In this document: positions 25,032 through 34,752 of the stretch, in pieces
Layout of the letters: each line of letters opens with the position of its first letter
Numbering within the stretch: position 1 is the stretch's first letter
Virus record (IMG/VR): IMGVR_UViG_2713896776_000008
DNA from: a virus
Lineage: Duplodnaviria; Heunggongvirae; Uroviricota; Caudoviricetes
Direction: 5' to 3' (one strand)
Length of the DNA stretch: 35,334 bases
Position numbers and translations under genes: made by a program
Notes under the pieces: generated by a model
The model's input: the letters and a program-made list of their open reading frames with translations, nothing else
Databases searched by the model: none
What the model was told of the DNA's origin: nothing

Positions 25032-27509
25032 GTGGCCAGTGAATTTTCAGTCGGCGTCATTATTGGCGGCATTGTCGGGAGCAGCTTCCGTTCTGCCGTC
25101 AGCGGTACCCGACGCGCCCTTGATTCCCTGGGCGATACATCGCGCCGCCTGCAGGAACGCCAGAACGCCTTAACCCGTGCAACTGAACGTTATGGGCAGT
25201 TAGGCTCTTCCCGAATGCAGCGCCTCAACAGCGAGCTGCTGCGGGTAAGCCGCACAATGGAGCAAATTGAGCGCCAGCAGCGCCGTCTGTCAGCAGTATC
25301 AGCCACCAGTGACGCGCTGAAAGCTAACCGCATGGCGTTGTATGGTCAGGGCGTTGAGGCGTATGCCATGGCACAGACCGTTTATCATACGGTCTCCCCG
25401 GCAGTTCAGCAGTCTATGTCTTTTAAAGACAAAATGATTGATATGTCGATCACCGCCAAATATGACGATAAAACGCGGGATGCTCTTGCCGAACAAATAA
25501 AAGGCTGGGCACTTAAATACAATCAGTATCAGGATGATATGCAGGACGCTGTGGGTTCACTCATCAGTGACAACATCGATAATGTATCTGATATTGGGTA
25601 TTTAATGCCGGACATTGCCCGCGCGGCAACCGCAACACGCACATCGGGACAGGACTGGGCCAAAGTAGCTGCGGTCTGGCAAAACTCACTGAAAGGTGCT
25701 GCCAAAGATTTTGGTGCCGTCCAGAATATTATGGCTTATGCCGGTGACCAGGGGTCATTTGAAATCCCGGATCAGGTCAAATGGATGCAGTCTCTGGCCC
25801 CCATGATGGCGGGAGTTGCCAGCGGGAAAGAGGCTGTAGCTGAAATCGGTGCCAGCCTCCAGATAGCGAAAATTGGTGCGGGTTCCACCGATGAAGCTGC
25901 CAATAACTTTAAAAACTTTCTCACCAAAATTTTTGCCCGCGATACTCAGAAACAATTTGCCGATTTGGGTGTTGACCTGCAGGGTTCAATCGAAAGTTAC
26001 AAGGCTGCTGGCATCTCTCCGATTGAAGGCATGATGAGCGTCATAGAGCGCTACCTCAATGCTAAAAGCCCTGAAGCTCTGGCCGGGTTCAAATCCGCCA
26101 TGAAAATAAAGAACGATACGGCGAGGGATGAGGCTCTTCAGGCGCTGGCAAAAAATTTCGGCCTGGGCGAGATGTTCGCTGATATGCAGGTCATGGCGTT
26201 TGTCCGTCCGATGCTGTCCAACATGGACAGGTACCGTGAAATACGTGCCGGTGCTCTCAAAGCAGCGGATAACGATCTTCTTGGAAACTCTTACGACCAG
26301 CGCCTGAAATCCCCTCTTGAAGCGACCAAAGCTCTGGTGGTCAACAGTCGCGATCTGGCTATTACGCTGGGCGATCAATTAGCTCCATCTTTTATTTCTC
26401 TGGCGCAGGAGCTTCTCCCTCTGATTCAGGGGGCAAAACAATGGGTCGCGGCTCATCCACAACTTGTCAGTGGTACTTTTAAAGTTATTACCGCGCTCAT
26501 TGCTTTTAAAATTGCGGTTATTGGTCTCAAGCTGGGGATAAACCTTCTTATTTCCCCATTTGTCAACGTCTGGAAAAGTATCGTACTGCTGCAATCCAGT
26601 TGGCTTCGGCTGACGCTTGCACTCGGTGAAGGCGGTAAACTCCGCTGGCTGGTGACCGGCTTCAGCGCCGTCGCCAGAGGTGCCAGAACTTTGGGAGGAG
26701 TGCTGTCAGGTGGGCTGGTTCGCGGCATTATGATCGCCGGGCGTGCCGTTCTCTGGATTGGCCGGGCACTGCTAATGAATCCCATTGGTCTTGCCATCAC
26801 CGCCGTCGCGGCGGCAGCTTACCTTATTTACCGCAACTGGGGCGCAGTCAGTAGCTGGTTTAAACAGCGTTGGGCTGACATTAAAGAGGCGTTTAACGGC
26901 GGTGTCGTGGGGATTGGTAAGCTGCTGATTAACTGGTCGCCGGTTGGTCTGCTCTATAAAGCCTTTGCGGCTGCGCTGAAATATCTCGGCGTTGATCTGC
27001 CGGCGAAGTTCACCGACTTCGGTGGTCATCTTATCGACGGCCTGATTAACGGCATCAAAAACAAATGGGAGTCGCTCAAAACCACCGTCACAGACATGGG
27101 CGACAGCGTTGGCGGCTGGTTTAAAGAAAAGCTGGGTATCCATTCGCCAAGCCGGGTATTCATGGGCTTTGGTGACAACATCGCGCAGGGTGCCGCTATC
27201 GGCCTGCAGCGTACCACACCACTGGCAGCGCTCGCCGGACAACGCCTGGCAACAGAGATGACTCCCGATGTTCCCCGTATCCCGTCGCCGGAAATCATGG
27301 CAGCGGGATATTCAGGTCGTGGCGCAGTTGCAACTGGCGGCGGAACATCTGGCGGTATCCAGGTCAGCTTTAATCCTCAGTTTTTCCTCAATGGCAAAGA
27401 AACCGCAGCGCCTGCCGGACTGACCGGCGCACTGAATATGAGCCTGCATGAACTGGAGAAAATGCTGGAGCGTCTGCTGGCTCAGAAACAACGTCGGGGG
27501 TACGAATAA
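25032..27509 (+). CDS. tail tape measure protein
   Basis: 825 aa, long predicted helical N-terminal region and hydrophobic glycine-rich central segments; GTG start after AGAGGA. Confidence 0.8.
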   Translation: MASEFSVGVIIGGIVGSSFRSAVSGTRRALDSLGDTSRRLQERQNALTRATERYGQLGSSRMQRLNSELLRVSRTMEQIERQQRRLSAVSATSDALKANRMALYGQGVEAYAMAQTVYHTVSPAVQQSMSFKDKMIDMSITAKYDDKTRDALAEQIKGWALKYNQYQDDMQDAVGSLISDNIDNVSDIGYLMPDIARAATATRTSGQDWAKVAAVWQNSLKGAAKDFGAVQNIMAYAGDQGSFEIPDQVKWMQSLAPMMAGVASGKEAVAEIGASLQIAKIGAGSTDEAANNFKNFLTKIFARDTQKQFADLGVDLQGSIESYKAAGISPIEGMMSVIERYLNAKSPEALAGFKSAMKIKNDTARDEALQALAKNFGLGEMFADMQVMAFVRPMLSNMDRYREIRAGALKAADNDLLGNSYDQRLKSPLEATKALVVNSRDLAITLGDQLAPSFISLAQELLPLIQGAKQWVAAHPQLVSGTFKVITALIAFKIAVIGLKLGINLLISPFVNVWKSIVLLQSSWLRLTLALGEGGKLRWLVTGFSAVARGARTLGGVLSGGLVRGIMIAGRAVLWIGRALLMNPIGLAITAVAAAAYLIYRNWGAVSSWFKQRWADIKEAFNGGVVGIGKLLINWSPVGLLYKAFAAALKYLGVDLPAKFTDFGGHLIDGLINGIKNKWESLKTTVTDMGDSVGGWFKEKLGIHSPSRVFMGFGDNIAQGAAIGLQRTTPLAALAGQRLATEMTPDVPRIPSPEIMAAGYSGRGAVATGGGTSGGIQVSFNPQFFLNGKETAAPAGLTGALNMSLHELEKMLERLLAQKQRRGYE

Positions 27510-28393
27510 TGTTTGCGGTACTGGGTGATATTGAGTTTGAACTGATTACCTACTGGGACGGCTTTGAGGCCACTTTCGGTGTCGATTATGCGGAACATGC
27601 CCGCATAGAGGGTAAGCCCGGCCTGCAGTTCGTCGGCGACAAGCTGGACGAAATCCAGATAAGCCTGGTCTTCCATCAGCATTATTGTGTGCCCGACGTG
27701 GAGCTGGCGAGACTGAGAACGGCCATGAAAGCCCATCAGGCGCTGGCACTGGTTTTCGGCAACGGTGACTATCGCGGCTGGTTTGTGATTACCGACGTGA
27801 CCGCGACCAGCGAGCAGACCGACAGCACAGGCAACGTGCTGGCCGTCAATGCCACCGCATCTCTCCGGGAGTACATCGGCGACCCGAAGAACCCGCTACA
27901 GCCTCCTGCGATACGCACGCAGGTTCCCGGCGTCGGGGCGGTCTCCGGTGCCGTACCTTCTCCCTCCGGGGTGGCGCAGTACGTTCGCGACGGCGTCAAC
28001 TATGCCAAACAGGCGCAGTCTGTTCTCCAGACCACCATCAGCGCCGTTCGGGTGGCGCAGAAAATGAAGGATAACCCCGCCGTCGCGCTGACCCGCGTGC
28101 CGGGGCTGATGAGCGGACTGGGCAACGTGTCCGGGGCGTTAGGCCAGAGCGTTCCGGCATTCAATGCGCTCTCTGAATCCATGCCTGATGCCATCAGTCT
28201 GGCCAGAGCCACCAGCGATGCGGCCACGTATGTACAACAGGCACAGTCTTCGCTGAGCGGCGTGGACGGCAGCAATATCGCGGCAGCGCTGGATGCCGTT
28301 TCCGGGCAGCTTAACTCCGCCAGCACCACCTTCACTCGTATGTCGCCGGGGTTAAGCACCATGGCAGCTAAAATTCTGGCGAGGAGTGTGTGA
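27509..28393 (+). CDS. tail protein (Mu N / DNA-circularisation N-terminal-domain-like)
   Basis: 294 aa; position right after tape measure; Ala/Ser-rich C-terminal half. Confidence 0.5.
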   Translation: MFAVLGDIEFELITYWDGFEATFGVDYAEHARIEGKPGLQFVGDKLDEIQISLVFHQHYCVPDVELARLRTAMKAHQALALVFGNGDYRGWFVITDVTATSEQTDSTGNVLAVNATASLREYIGDPKNPLQPPAIRTQVPGVGAVSGAVPSPSGVAQYVRDGVNYAKQAQSVLQTTISAVRVAQKMKDNPAVALTRVPGLMSGLGNVSGALGQSVPAFNALSESMPDAISLARATSDAATYVQQAQSSLSGVDGSNIAAALDAVSGQLNSASTTFTRMSPGLSTMAAKILARSV

Positions 28394-28605
28394 TGTTTCT
28401 TGAACATGTTACCCGTGACGGAGAGCGCTGGGACTCTCTGGCATGGCAGTACTACGGCGACCCACTGGGCTATCCCCGGATAATTGCCGCCAATCCGCAC
28501 GTGGCCATTACGCCGGTGCTGCCCTCCGGGCTGTTGTTACTGATCCCGGTTATCGAGGCTGAAGAAGCCACCACAGAAGAGGATATTGCCCCATGGCTGA
28601 GATAA
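28393..28605 (+). CDS. tail protein X-like (LysM-like small tail protein)
   Basis: 70 aa, GAGGAG RBS; ERWDSLAWQYYGD motif resembles P2 gpX family. Confidence 0.55.
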   Translation: MFLEHVTRDGERWDSLAWQYYGDPLGYPRIIAANPHVAITPVLPSGLLLLIPVIEAEEATTEEDIAPWLR

Positions 28606-29762
28606 ACAGCACTGCACAGGTCGCATCAGCGTTAACCGGCGTCAGCGATGTTCTGAGTCCGGTGTTCACGCTGTGGTATCTGCAGAAGAACATCACCACC
28701 GATATCGCCCCCTATGTCACCCGCGTAACCTACAGCGATAACATCAAAAGCGAGTCCGATACCATTGAGGTGGAGCTGGACGACACCGATGGCCGCTGGC
28801 TGGATAAGTGGTATCCGGGCAAGGGTGACACGCTGACGCTGAAAATGGGTTATCAGGGCGAGAAGCTGCTGTCCTGTGGTACGTTCTCGATAGACGAGAT
28901 CGAGGTGAGTTCGCCCGCGTCCGTTGTCGCTATCCGGGGCGTGGCCACGTCGGTCAACAACGCCCTGCGGACAAAATCCAGTCGTGGTTTCGAGAGCACC
29001 ACGCTGGCGGCTATAGCCGGACGGATTGCCAAAAAGCATCAGCTGAAGCTGGTTGGCAGTATTGAGTCCATCAAAATTGACCGGGTGACCCAGTATGCTG
29101 AAACGGACGTGGGCTTCCTGCGTCGACTGGCCAGCGAGTATGGTTATGCCGTGAAAGTGGTCAGCGACCAGCTGATTTTCTCTCATCTGGCCACGCTGCG
29201 CGATCAGGAGCCGGTAAAACAGTTGAAGCCACAGGATGTGGCCAGCTTTTCCCTGCGTGACACCATCAACCGCGTCTACAAATCCGCAAAGGTAAAACAC
29301 CAGAAGAGCAGCGATAAAAAGCTGATCGTCTACGAAGCTGATGGCGGTACCAGCGAAAGCGACAAACAAACCAAAGGCGGTAAGGTCACCAGTGCCGACT
29401 CACTGAAGGTCAACAGCCGCGTCAGTGATCCGGACAGCGCCCGGATTAAAGCAGATTCGGCGCTGGCCAGGCATAACGAATACCAGCAGAACGGCTCGCT
29501 GTCGCTGATGGGGACGCCTCAGTTGACTGCAGGCAACAAAATTGAACTGGTGGGTTTTGGTCAGTTATCCGGGCCATGGCTGATAACTACTGCCCGCCAT
29601 GCGTTTGACCGTAACAGCGGCTACATCACCGAACTGGAAGTGGCACGAGGGCCGGTTACGCAGGGCAAAGCGAAGAAAGGTAAAAAGACCGGAAAAACCC
29701 AGACGCTGACCGTCTATAAACCGGACGGCAGCACGTCCACGGTAATAAAGGAGAAAAAATAA
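28593..29762 (+). CDS. baseplate hub / late control D-like protein (P2 gpD, Mu P-like)
   Basis: 389 aa; position and family resemblance. Confidence 0.7.
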   Translation: MAEINSTAQVASALTGVSDVLSPVFTLWYLQKNITTDIAPYVTRVTYSDNIKSESDTIEVELDDTDGRWLDKWYPGKGDTLTLKMGYQGEKLLSCGTFSIDEIEVSSPASVVAIRGVATSVNNALRTKSSRGFESTTLAAIAGRIAKKHQLKLVGSIESIKIDRVTQYAETDVGFLRRLASEYGYAVKVVSDQLIFSHLATLRDQEPVKQLKPQDVASFSLRDTINRVYKSAKVKHQKSSDKKLIVYEADGGTSESDKQTKGGKVTSADSLKVNSRVSDPDSARIKADSALARHNEYQQNGSLSLMGTPQLTAGNKIELVGFGQLSGPWLITTARHAFDRNSGYITELEVARGPVTQGKAKKGKKTGKTQTLTVYKPDGSTSTVIKEKK

Positions 29763-30274
29763 TGGCAGGCGTCACCCGTCAGGTCGGTACGGTCAGCGCC
29801 GTCGATGCCGACAAGGTTCAGGCCCGCGTTCGTCTGCCTGAGTGCGATAACCTGCGCACTAACTGGCTTAACGTACTGCAGCGCAACACCCAGGATAACA
29901 AGGATTACTGGCTACCTGACGTGGGGGAGCAGGTTGAGGTGCTGCTCGATGCCAACGGCGAGGATGGTGTCATTCTGGGCGCGGTGTATTCAGACGTCGA
30001 TAAGCCACCGTTCAGCGACAAAAACGTCCGGGGCACGAAATACGCGGATGGCGCAGAGTTCAGCTATAACCGCGCGACCCATACGCTGACGGTCAAAGGT
30101 GGTATCGAGCGCGTAGTAATCGAGGTTGCGGTAGGTATCAGCCTGAAGGGGAAAACCATTGATTTGACCGCTGACACCACCACGGTGAACGGCAACCTTG
30201 AAATCAACGGCAATGCCCACTCCACAGGCAGCATGCTCTCTGACGGCCAGAACTCCAATCATCACTCCCACTGA
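29762..30274 (+). CDS. baseplate spike (gpV-like)
   Basis: 170 aa, AAGGAG RBS; order hub-spike-W-J-I. Confidence 0.7.
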   Translation: MAGVTRQVGTVSAVDADKVQARVRLPECDNLRTNWLNVLQRNTQDNKDYWLPDVGEQVEVLLDANGEDGVILGAVYSDVDKPPFSDKNVRGTKYADGAEFSYNRATHTLTVKGGIERVVIEVAVGISLKGKTIDLTADTTTVNGNLEINGNAHSTGSMLSDGQNSNHHSH

Positions 30275-30286
30275 CCTTCTTAAACG

Positions 30287-30326
30287 CCTTTAATATCGGC
30301 GTTCCCGCACAGGGGCAATACTGCCC
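30287..30326 (+). promoter_or_regulatory. candidate late promoter: CCTTTAATATC-N20-ATACTGCCC ending 2 nt before the ATG of the gp25/W-like gene
   Basis: Same bipartite motif and spacing as 24459-24498; downstream gene has no SD. Confidence 0.5.
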
Positions 30327-30328
30327 CC

Positions 30329-30676
30329 ATGAAAACAACTTCCGTATTCTGGCAACCGGCCCTGCAGGCCCCTGGCGAAATCGTCCGGGGGCTGGATGAT
30401 ATCTGGCAGGCCATTCAAATCATCCTGCGAACTCCTCGCGGCAGCGACCCGCATCGCCCGGAGTTCGGCAGCAACCTGCATCTTTATATCGACTGGCCCA
30501 TCGACCGGGCTATCCCACATGTGGTGCGCGAGTCCGTTGATGCCATCCGGCGCTGGGAGCCTCGCTGCCAGCTTATGTCGGTTAAACCCGCCGTCGACGG
30601 TGAACATCTTACGCTCCGGGTGAGCTGGAAAGGCTCTGACGGACAGCCCCGGACTCAGGAGCTTTTATGGCGCTGA
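30329..30676 (+). CDS. baseplate wedge protein (gp25 / GPW-like)
   Basis: 115 aa with conserved family layout; ATG at 30329 with no SD. Confidence 0.7.
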   Translation: MKTTSVFWQPALQAPGEIVRGLDDIWQAIQIILRTPRGSDPHRPEFGSNLHLYIDWPIDRAIPHVVRESVDAIRRWEPRCQLMSVKPAVDGEHLTLRVSWKGSDGQPRTQELLWR

Positions 30677-31770
30677 CAGAACCCGATTTTATTGAACGCG
30701 ATGCCGACAAAATCACGGCTGAAATGATTGCTCAGTACGAAGCCGCAACCGGCAAGACGCTGTACCCCGCCCAGGCTGAGCGCCTGTTGATTGACCTGTG
30801 GGCATACCGCGAAATGCTGGTCAGGGTAGCGGCGCAGGAAGCGGCCAAACAGAATCTGGTCGCCTTTGCCCGTGAGCCGATGATTGATTACCTCGGTGAA
30901 CTGGTCGGTGTTTACCGCCTTGCCGCGCAGCCTGCCACCACCACTCTCCAGTTCTCCGTGGATGAGGCACTGGCCATTGATGTGCTGATTCCGGCAGGCA
31001 CCCGCGTCAGCGCTTCCGACAGCATTATTTTTGCCACCGATACGGACGTGGTGCTGAAAGCCGGATTGCTTCTGGTCAATGCCACGGCCACCTGTACCGA
31101 ACCGGGAGCCGCTGGCAATGGCTGGCAACCTGCGCAGGTCAGTCAGTTGCTCGATGAGATTGATAACGTCGACCTGCAGGTGACCAATCTGATGGCAAGT
31201 TCTGGCGGTTCAGAGCAGGAAGACAATGACAGGCTCCGCGAGCGTATCAAACTGGCCCCGGAGTCATTCACCAACGCCGGAAGCCGTATGGCATACCGCT
31301 TTCATGCCATGCAGGCCCATCCCAACATCGTCGACGTCGCTGTGCTCTCCCCGGTTCCCGGCACCGTAGAACTGTATCCGCTGCTCAGTACCGGCCTGCC
31401 GGAGGACAGCATCCTTACGCTGGTAGAGAGTTTCTGCTCGGACGAAAAAGTCAGGCCGCTCACTGACACCGTGCGGGCTAAAACACCTGTGCAGGTGGAT
31501 TACGCCATTGAAGCCAACATCACTATCTATCGTGATCAGGATGCCAACTCGATAAAGGACAACGCCAACAGCGCCATACAGAACTGGGTGGCGTCCCGTA
31601 CCGCCACGCTGGGGCGCGATATTGTCCCCAGTCAGATTATCAGCGTGCTGTCCGTTGCCGGAGTGTATCAGGTCGAACTGGTGACACCAGTGCTGAAGGT
31701 AGTGGCAGAAAACGAATGGGCAAACTGTACGGCGATCACTCTTAACATGACCGGGGTGTCCGATGGCTGA
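30667..31770 (+). CDS. baseplate J-like protein
   Basis: 367 aa; overlaps W-like stop; family resemblance. Confidence 0.75.
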   Translation: MALTEPDFIERDADKITAEMIAQYEAATGKTLYPAQAERLLIDLWAYREMLVRVAAQEAAKQNLVAFAREPMIDYLGELVGVYRLAAQPATTTLQFSVDEALAIDVLIPAGTRVSASDSIIFATDTDVVLKAGLLLVNATATCTEPGAAGNGWQPAQVSQLLDEIDNVDLQVTNLMASSGGSEQEDNDRLRERIKLAPESFTNAGSRMAYRFHAMQAHPNIVDVAVLSPVPGTVELYPLLSTGLPEDSILTLVESFCSDEKVRPLTDTVRAKTPVQVDYAIEANITIYRDQDANSIKDNANSAIQNWVASRTATLGRDIVPSQIISVLSVAGVYQVELVTPVLKVVAENEWANCTAITLNMTGVSDG

Positions 31771-32341
31771 GCCGCTACAACTCCCGCCACCGCTTGAGGG
31801 TGATATCAGTCTCAGAACGCTGGGAAGACTCGCCGGGCGGCTGGATAACATCGACCTGAGCGTACTGATGGTCTATCTCGTCGATATTGTCGACAGTTCC
31901 GCGCTGCCATGGCTGGGCGAGCAGTTCTCACTGTTCGGCGATGGCTGGGAGCTGGCGGAATCTGACGATGTACGCCGCATGCTTATCAAATCCGCTATCG
32001 AGCTGCACCGCTACAAAGGGACGCCGTGGTCAATCAGGGAAATTATCCGCCGTTTCGGCTTCGGCGAAGTGGATCTGATTGAAGGCACTGGCCAGATTGG
32101 CTACGACGGCAAACACACTTACAACGGGCTTTTCGTTCATGGCGATGCGGAAGCCTGGGCGGTATATCGCGTCATCCTTCAACAGCCCATCACTAACGAT
32201 CAGGCGGCGCTGTTACGCCAGACGCTCGCTGCTTTTGCTCCGGCCCGCTGCCATCTGGCAAGCCTGGAGTATCTGTCTGTCGCCATTCGCTACAACAACA
32301 CCGTCAACTATGACGGCAGCTATAACCACGGGAGCAGTTAA
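31763..32341 (+). CDS. tail protein I-like (baseplate/fibre-attachment protein)
   Basis: 192 aa following J, preceding tail fibre. Confidence 0.65.
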   Translation: MAEPLQLPPPLEGDISLRTLGRLAGRLDNIDLSVLMVYLVDIVDSSALPWLGEQFSLFGDGWELAESDDVRRMLIKSAIELHRYKGTPWSIREIIRRFGFGEVDLIEGTGQIGYDGKHTYNGLFVHGDAEAWAVYRVILQQPITNDQAALLRQTLAAFAPARCHLASLEYLSVAIRYNNTVNYDGSYNHGSS

Positions 32342-32343
32342 TT

Positions 32344-33327
32344 ATGGCAAACCTACCTGAAACCCCGCAGTGGGAAGAAGGCATCTACCAGATTGAGGTC
32401 TCTGACCCCGTTCTGGGTGGGCCTGACGGAATCTCTAACCGTCAGGGTAAACAACTGGCCAGCCGCACGCTGTACCTGAAGCAACAGGTTGAAAAAGGCG
32501 GTTCTGAACTTGCGAAACACATCGCGGCAGCAGACCCGCATACCCAGTACGCACCGAAAGCCAGCCCGACATTCACCGGCACGCCAACAGCGCCTACGCC
32601 TGCAAATAGTGATAACAGCAAGAAGCTGGCGACGACAGAGTTTGTGGCCAAAGCACTTGCGGCGCTTGCTGGCAGCGCTCCTGAGACGCTGGATACGCTC
32701 AAAGAGCTGGCTGATGCCCTCGGCAACGATCCGAATTTTGCGACCACGGTGTTGAACAAGCTGGCGGAAAAGCTGGCCAAAGACCAGCACGGCGCAGATA
32801 TTCCTGACCCGGCGCTCTTTGTCAAAAACCTTGGTTTGGGAGAAGGTTCGGCATTACCCGTTGGGGTGCCTGTTCCGTGGCCTTCAGCCACACCACCAAC
32901 AGGCTGGCTGAAATGCAACGGTGCACCTTTTTCTGCCGAAGAGTACCCAAAACTGGCAAAGGCTTACCCAAAGTTAAAATTACCGGATTTGCGCGGTGAG
33001 TTTATTCGCGGGTGGGATGATGGGCGAGGTGTTGATTCCGCGAGACTGCTACTTTCAAGTCAGGCAGCATCTATCCTTGAACATAACCATGAAATGCAGG
33101 GATGGACCGGCAACCCACTCATGGCTAGTGATGTTTATTCATCCATGTCATCCGTATTTGCGGTGCAGTTGAGCATTGGCGATGGCGGGTTATTGTATTC
33201 GTGGAAGGATGGGAGTGGAACAACAAATGACAGTAAACGAATGAATAGAACAAATCATGTCAGTTCCGGCGCCGGTGATGGTAGCCCGCGAAACATTGCA
33301 TTTAACTACATTGTGAGGGCTGCATAA
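32344..33327 (+). CDS. tail fibre protein (constant N-terminal part fused to variable C-terminal part in current orientation; tail-collar domain)
   Basis: N-terminal conserved fibre region; gix-like site encodes KNLGLGE at 32819-32844; C-terminal GWLKCNGAPFSAEEYPKLAKAYPKLKLPDLRGEFIRGWD tail-collar motif. Confidence 0.8.
   Translation: MANLPETPQWEEGIYQIEVSDPVLGGPDGISNRQGKQLASRTLYLKQQVEKGGSELAKHIAAADPHTQYAPKASPTFTGTPTAPTPANSDNSKKLATTEFVAKALAALAGSAPETLDTLKELADALGNDPNFATTVLNKLAEKLAKDQHGADIPDPALFVKNLGLGEGSALPVGVPVPWPSATPPTGWLKCNGAPFSAEEYPKLAKAYPKLKLPDLRGEFIRGWDDGRGVDSARLLLSSQAASILEHNHEMQGWTGNPLMASDVYSSMSSVFAVQLSIGDGGLLYSWKDGSGTTNDSKRMNRTNHVSSGAGDGSPRNIAFNYIVRAA
32819..32844. repeat. gix/hix-like recombination site (left), TTGTCAAAAACCTTGGTTTGGGAGAA
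   Basis: 26-bp site with AAACC..GGTTT core; inverted copy at 34666-34691 (24/26 identical). Confidence 0.65.
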
Positions 33328-33930
33328 ATGGAACAGGCTATTTTGGGAAAAGACGGTTACGCTTTAAATGATGGGGAAATCATCGTACATAACTATGATG
33401 GCGAAACGCGGGAATATATTTCTACATCAACTGAATATCTCGCTGTCGGCGTCGGTATCCCGGCATGTTCCTGTCTGGATGCACCAGGTACACATAAAGC
33501 TGGTTATGCAATCTGTCGCTCTGTAGATTTAAATTCATGGGAATATGTGCCAGACCATCGCGGTGAAGTTGTCTATAGTACCGAAACGGGAGATACCAAA
33601 GAAATCACAGTTCCGGGTGATTACCCTGAAAATACAACCACTATCGCCCCATTAACGCCATACGATAAATGGGATGGTGAGAAATGGGTGACGGATACCG
33701 AGGCACAGCATAGCGCCGCACTAGACGCGGCAGAAGCACAGCGCCAGTCACTGATTAATGCAGCAATGGCTTCCATTAGTCTGATTCAGCTGAAATTACA
33801 GGCCGGACGGAAGTTGACGCAGGCAGAAACAACCCGACTTAACGCCGTGCTGGATTACATTGACGCGGTGACGGCAACAGATACCAGCACCGCGCCGGAT
33901 GTCATCTGGCCTGAACTGCCGGAGGAGTAG
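33328..33930 (+). CDS. tail fibre assembly chaperone (U-like)
   Basis: C-terminal LDYIDAVTATDTSTAPDVIWPELP motif typical of Tfa proteins; AT-rich. Confidence 0.75.
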   Translation: MEQAILGKDGYALNDGEIIVHNYDGETREYISTSTEYLAVGVGIPACSCLDAPGTHKAGYAICRSVDLNSWEYVPDHRGEVVYSTETGDTKEITVPGDYPENTTTIAPLTPYDKWDGEKWVTDTEAQHSAALDAAEAQRQSLINAAMASISLIQLKLQAGRKLTQAETTRLNAVLDYIDAVTATDTSTAPDVIWPELPEE

Positions 33931-34342
33931 GCCATTCAATATCTGGTGCACTGGAAGTATCGACCAGCTCCAGTGCGTCCAGATAATCCAGCCACAAATT
34001 ATATTGCGCCAGTTCCTCACCTTTCAGACGACCAATAGCCGCTTTACCAGCCCATTGTCTACTGTTCATATAATCGTTGGCCTGATTAATCAATTGCTGC
34101 TTTTTAGTTTCGGCTGATGCAATTTGTTCTTCACGTGTTGGCGGTGGAACATCTGCCCATGCTGGCATTCCATCGTCTCCGGTAATTCTGTACTTACCGT
34201 CAGGCGGCGTATCATGGAAATATTCCCTGAAAATAGCTTCGTCTATATCCACGCCTTTACCTTCGGGCCATTGGCCTTTTGCAGCGTAAACAGACTGGAG
34301 GGCATAAGGGTACGCCAGATTATCAACATACAAATATTTCAT
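33902..34342 (-). CDS. alternative tail fibre assembly chaperone (U'-like)
   Basis: C-terminal LDYLDALELVDTSSAPDIEWPTPP motif; convergent with U, 3' ends overlap 29 bp. Confidence 0.7.
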   Translation of the reverse strand: MKYLYVDNLAYPYALQSVYAAKGQWPEGKGVDIDEAIFREYFHDTPPDGKYRITGDDGMPAWADVPPPTREEQIASAETKKQQLINQANDYMNSRQWAGKAAIGRLKGEELAQYNLWLDYLDALELVDTSSAPDIEWPTPPAVQAR

Positions 34343-34344
34343 AA

Positions 34345-34704
34345 TTAACGCCCTTTCGCGTAGAAGGCTCCACCTTCAAAGCCATAGTTACAATGAGCAA
34401 CGAAACCTGTTTTCGTCCAGTTAGTTGCGCCCCACATATTCCCACCACCAAAACCGCCGTCATATACAATCACTACGTCTGGCTCCTGCGTAAAAGGAAT
34501 GGTGAAAGTCACATTTGTAGATACCGCCGCGGCGTTATTCGGGAAATTAATTCTTCCCCACTGCTCAATTGAACCATCAGGCAATTTTTGCCAGCCAGAT
34601 CCTGATGAATAAGCTGACATATCAGGTATCTGATTTTCCCCTGTTCCCACATTCCGTTTTGCCGCTTCTCCCAAACCAAGGTTTTTGGAAAAGCAGTTAC
34701 ACAT
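34345..34704 (-). CDS. alternative tail-fibre C-terminal segment (S'v), promoterless cassette joined to the constant part after inversion
   Basis: ORF contains the same gix-encoded KNLGLGE heptapeptide near its 5' end; Gly-rich distal domain differs from the current Sv. Confidence 0.65.
   Translation of the reverse strand: MCNCFSKNLGLGEAAKRNVGTGENQIPDMSAYSSGSGWQKLPDGSIEQWGRINFPNNAAAVSTNVTFTIPFTQEPDVVIVYDGGFGGGNMWGATNWTKTGFVAHCNYGFEGGAFYAKGR
34666..34691. repeat. gix/hix-like recombination site (right), inverted copy
   Basis: TTCTCCCAAACCAAGGTTTTTGGAAA; reverse complement matches the left site at 24/26 positions. Confidence 0.65.
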
Positions 34705-34752
34705 AGAGAAATCTGCAAAAATCCTCCCACTATGATGTGAAGGAGGAAATTG

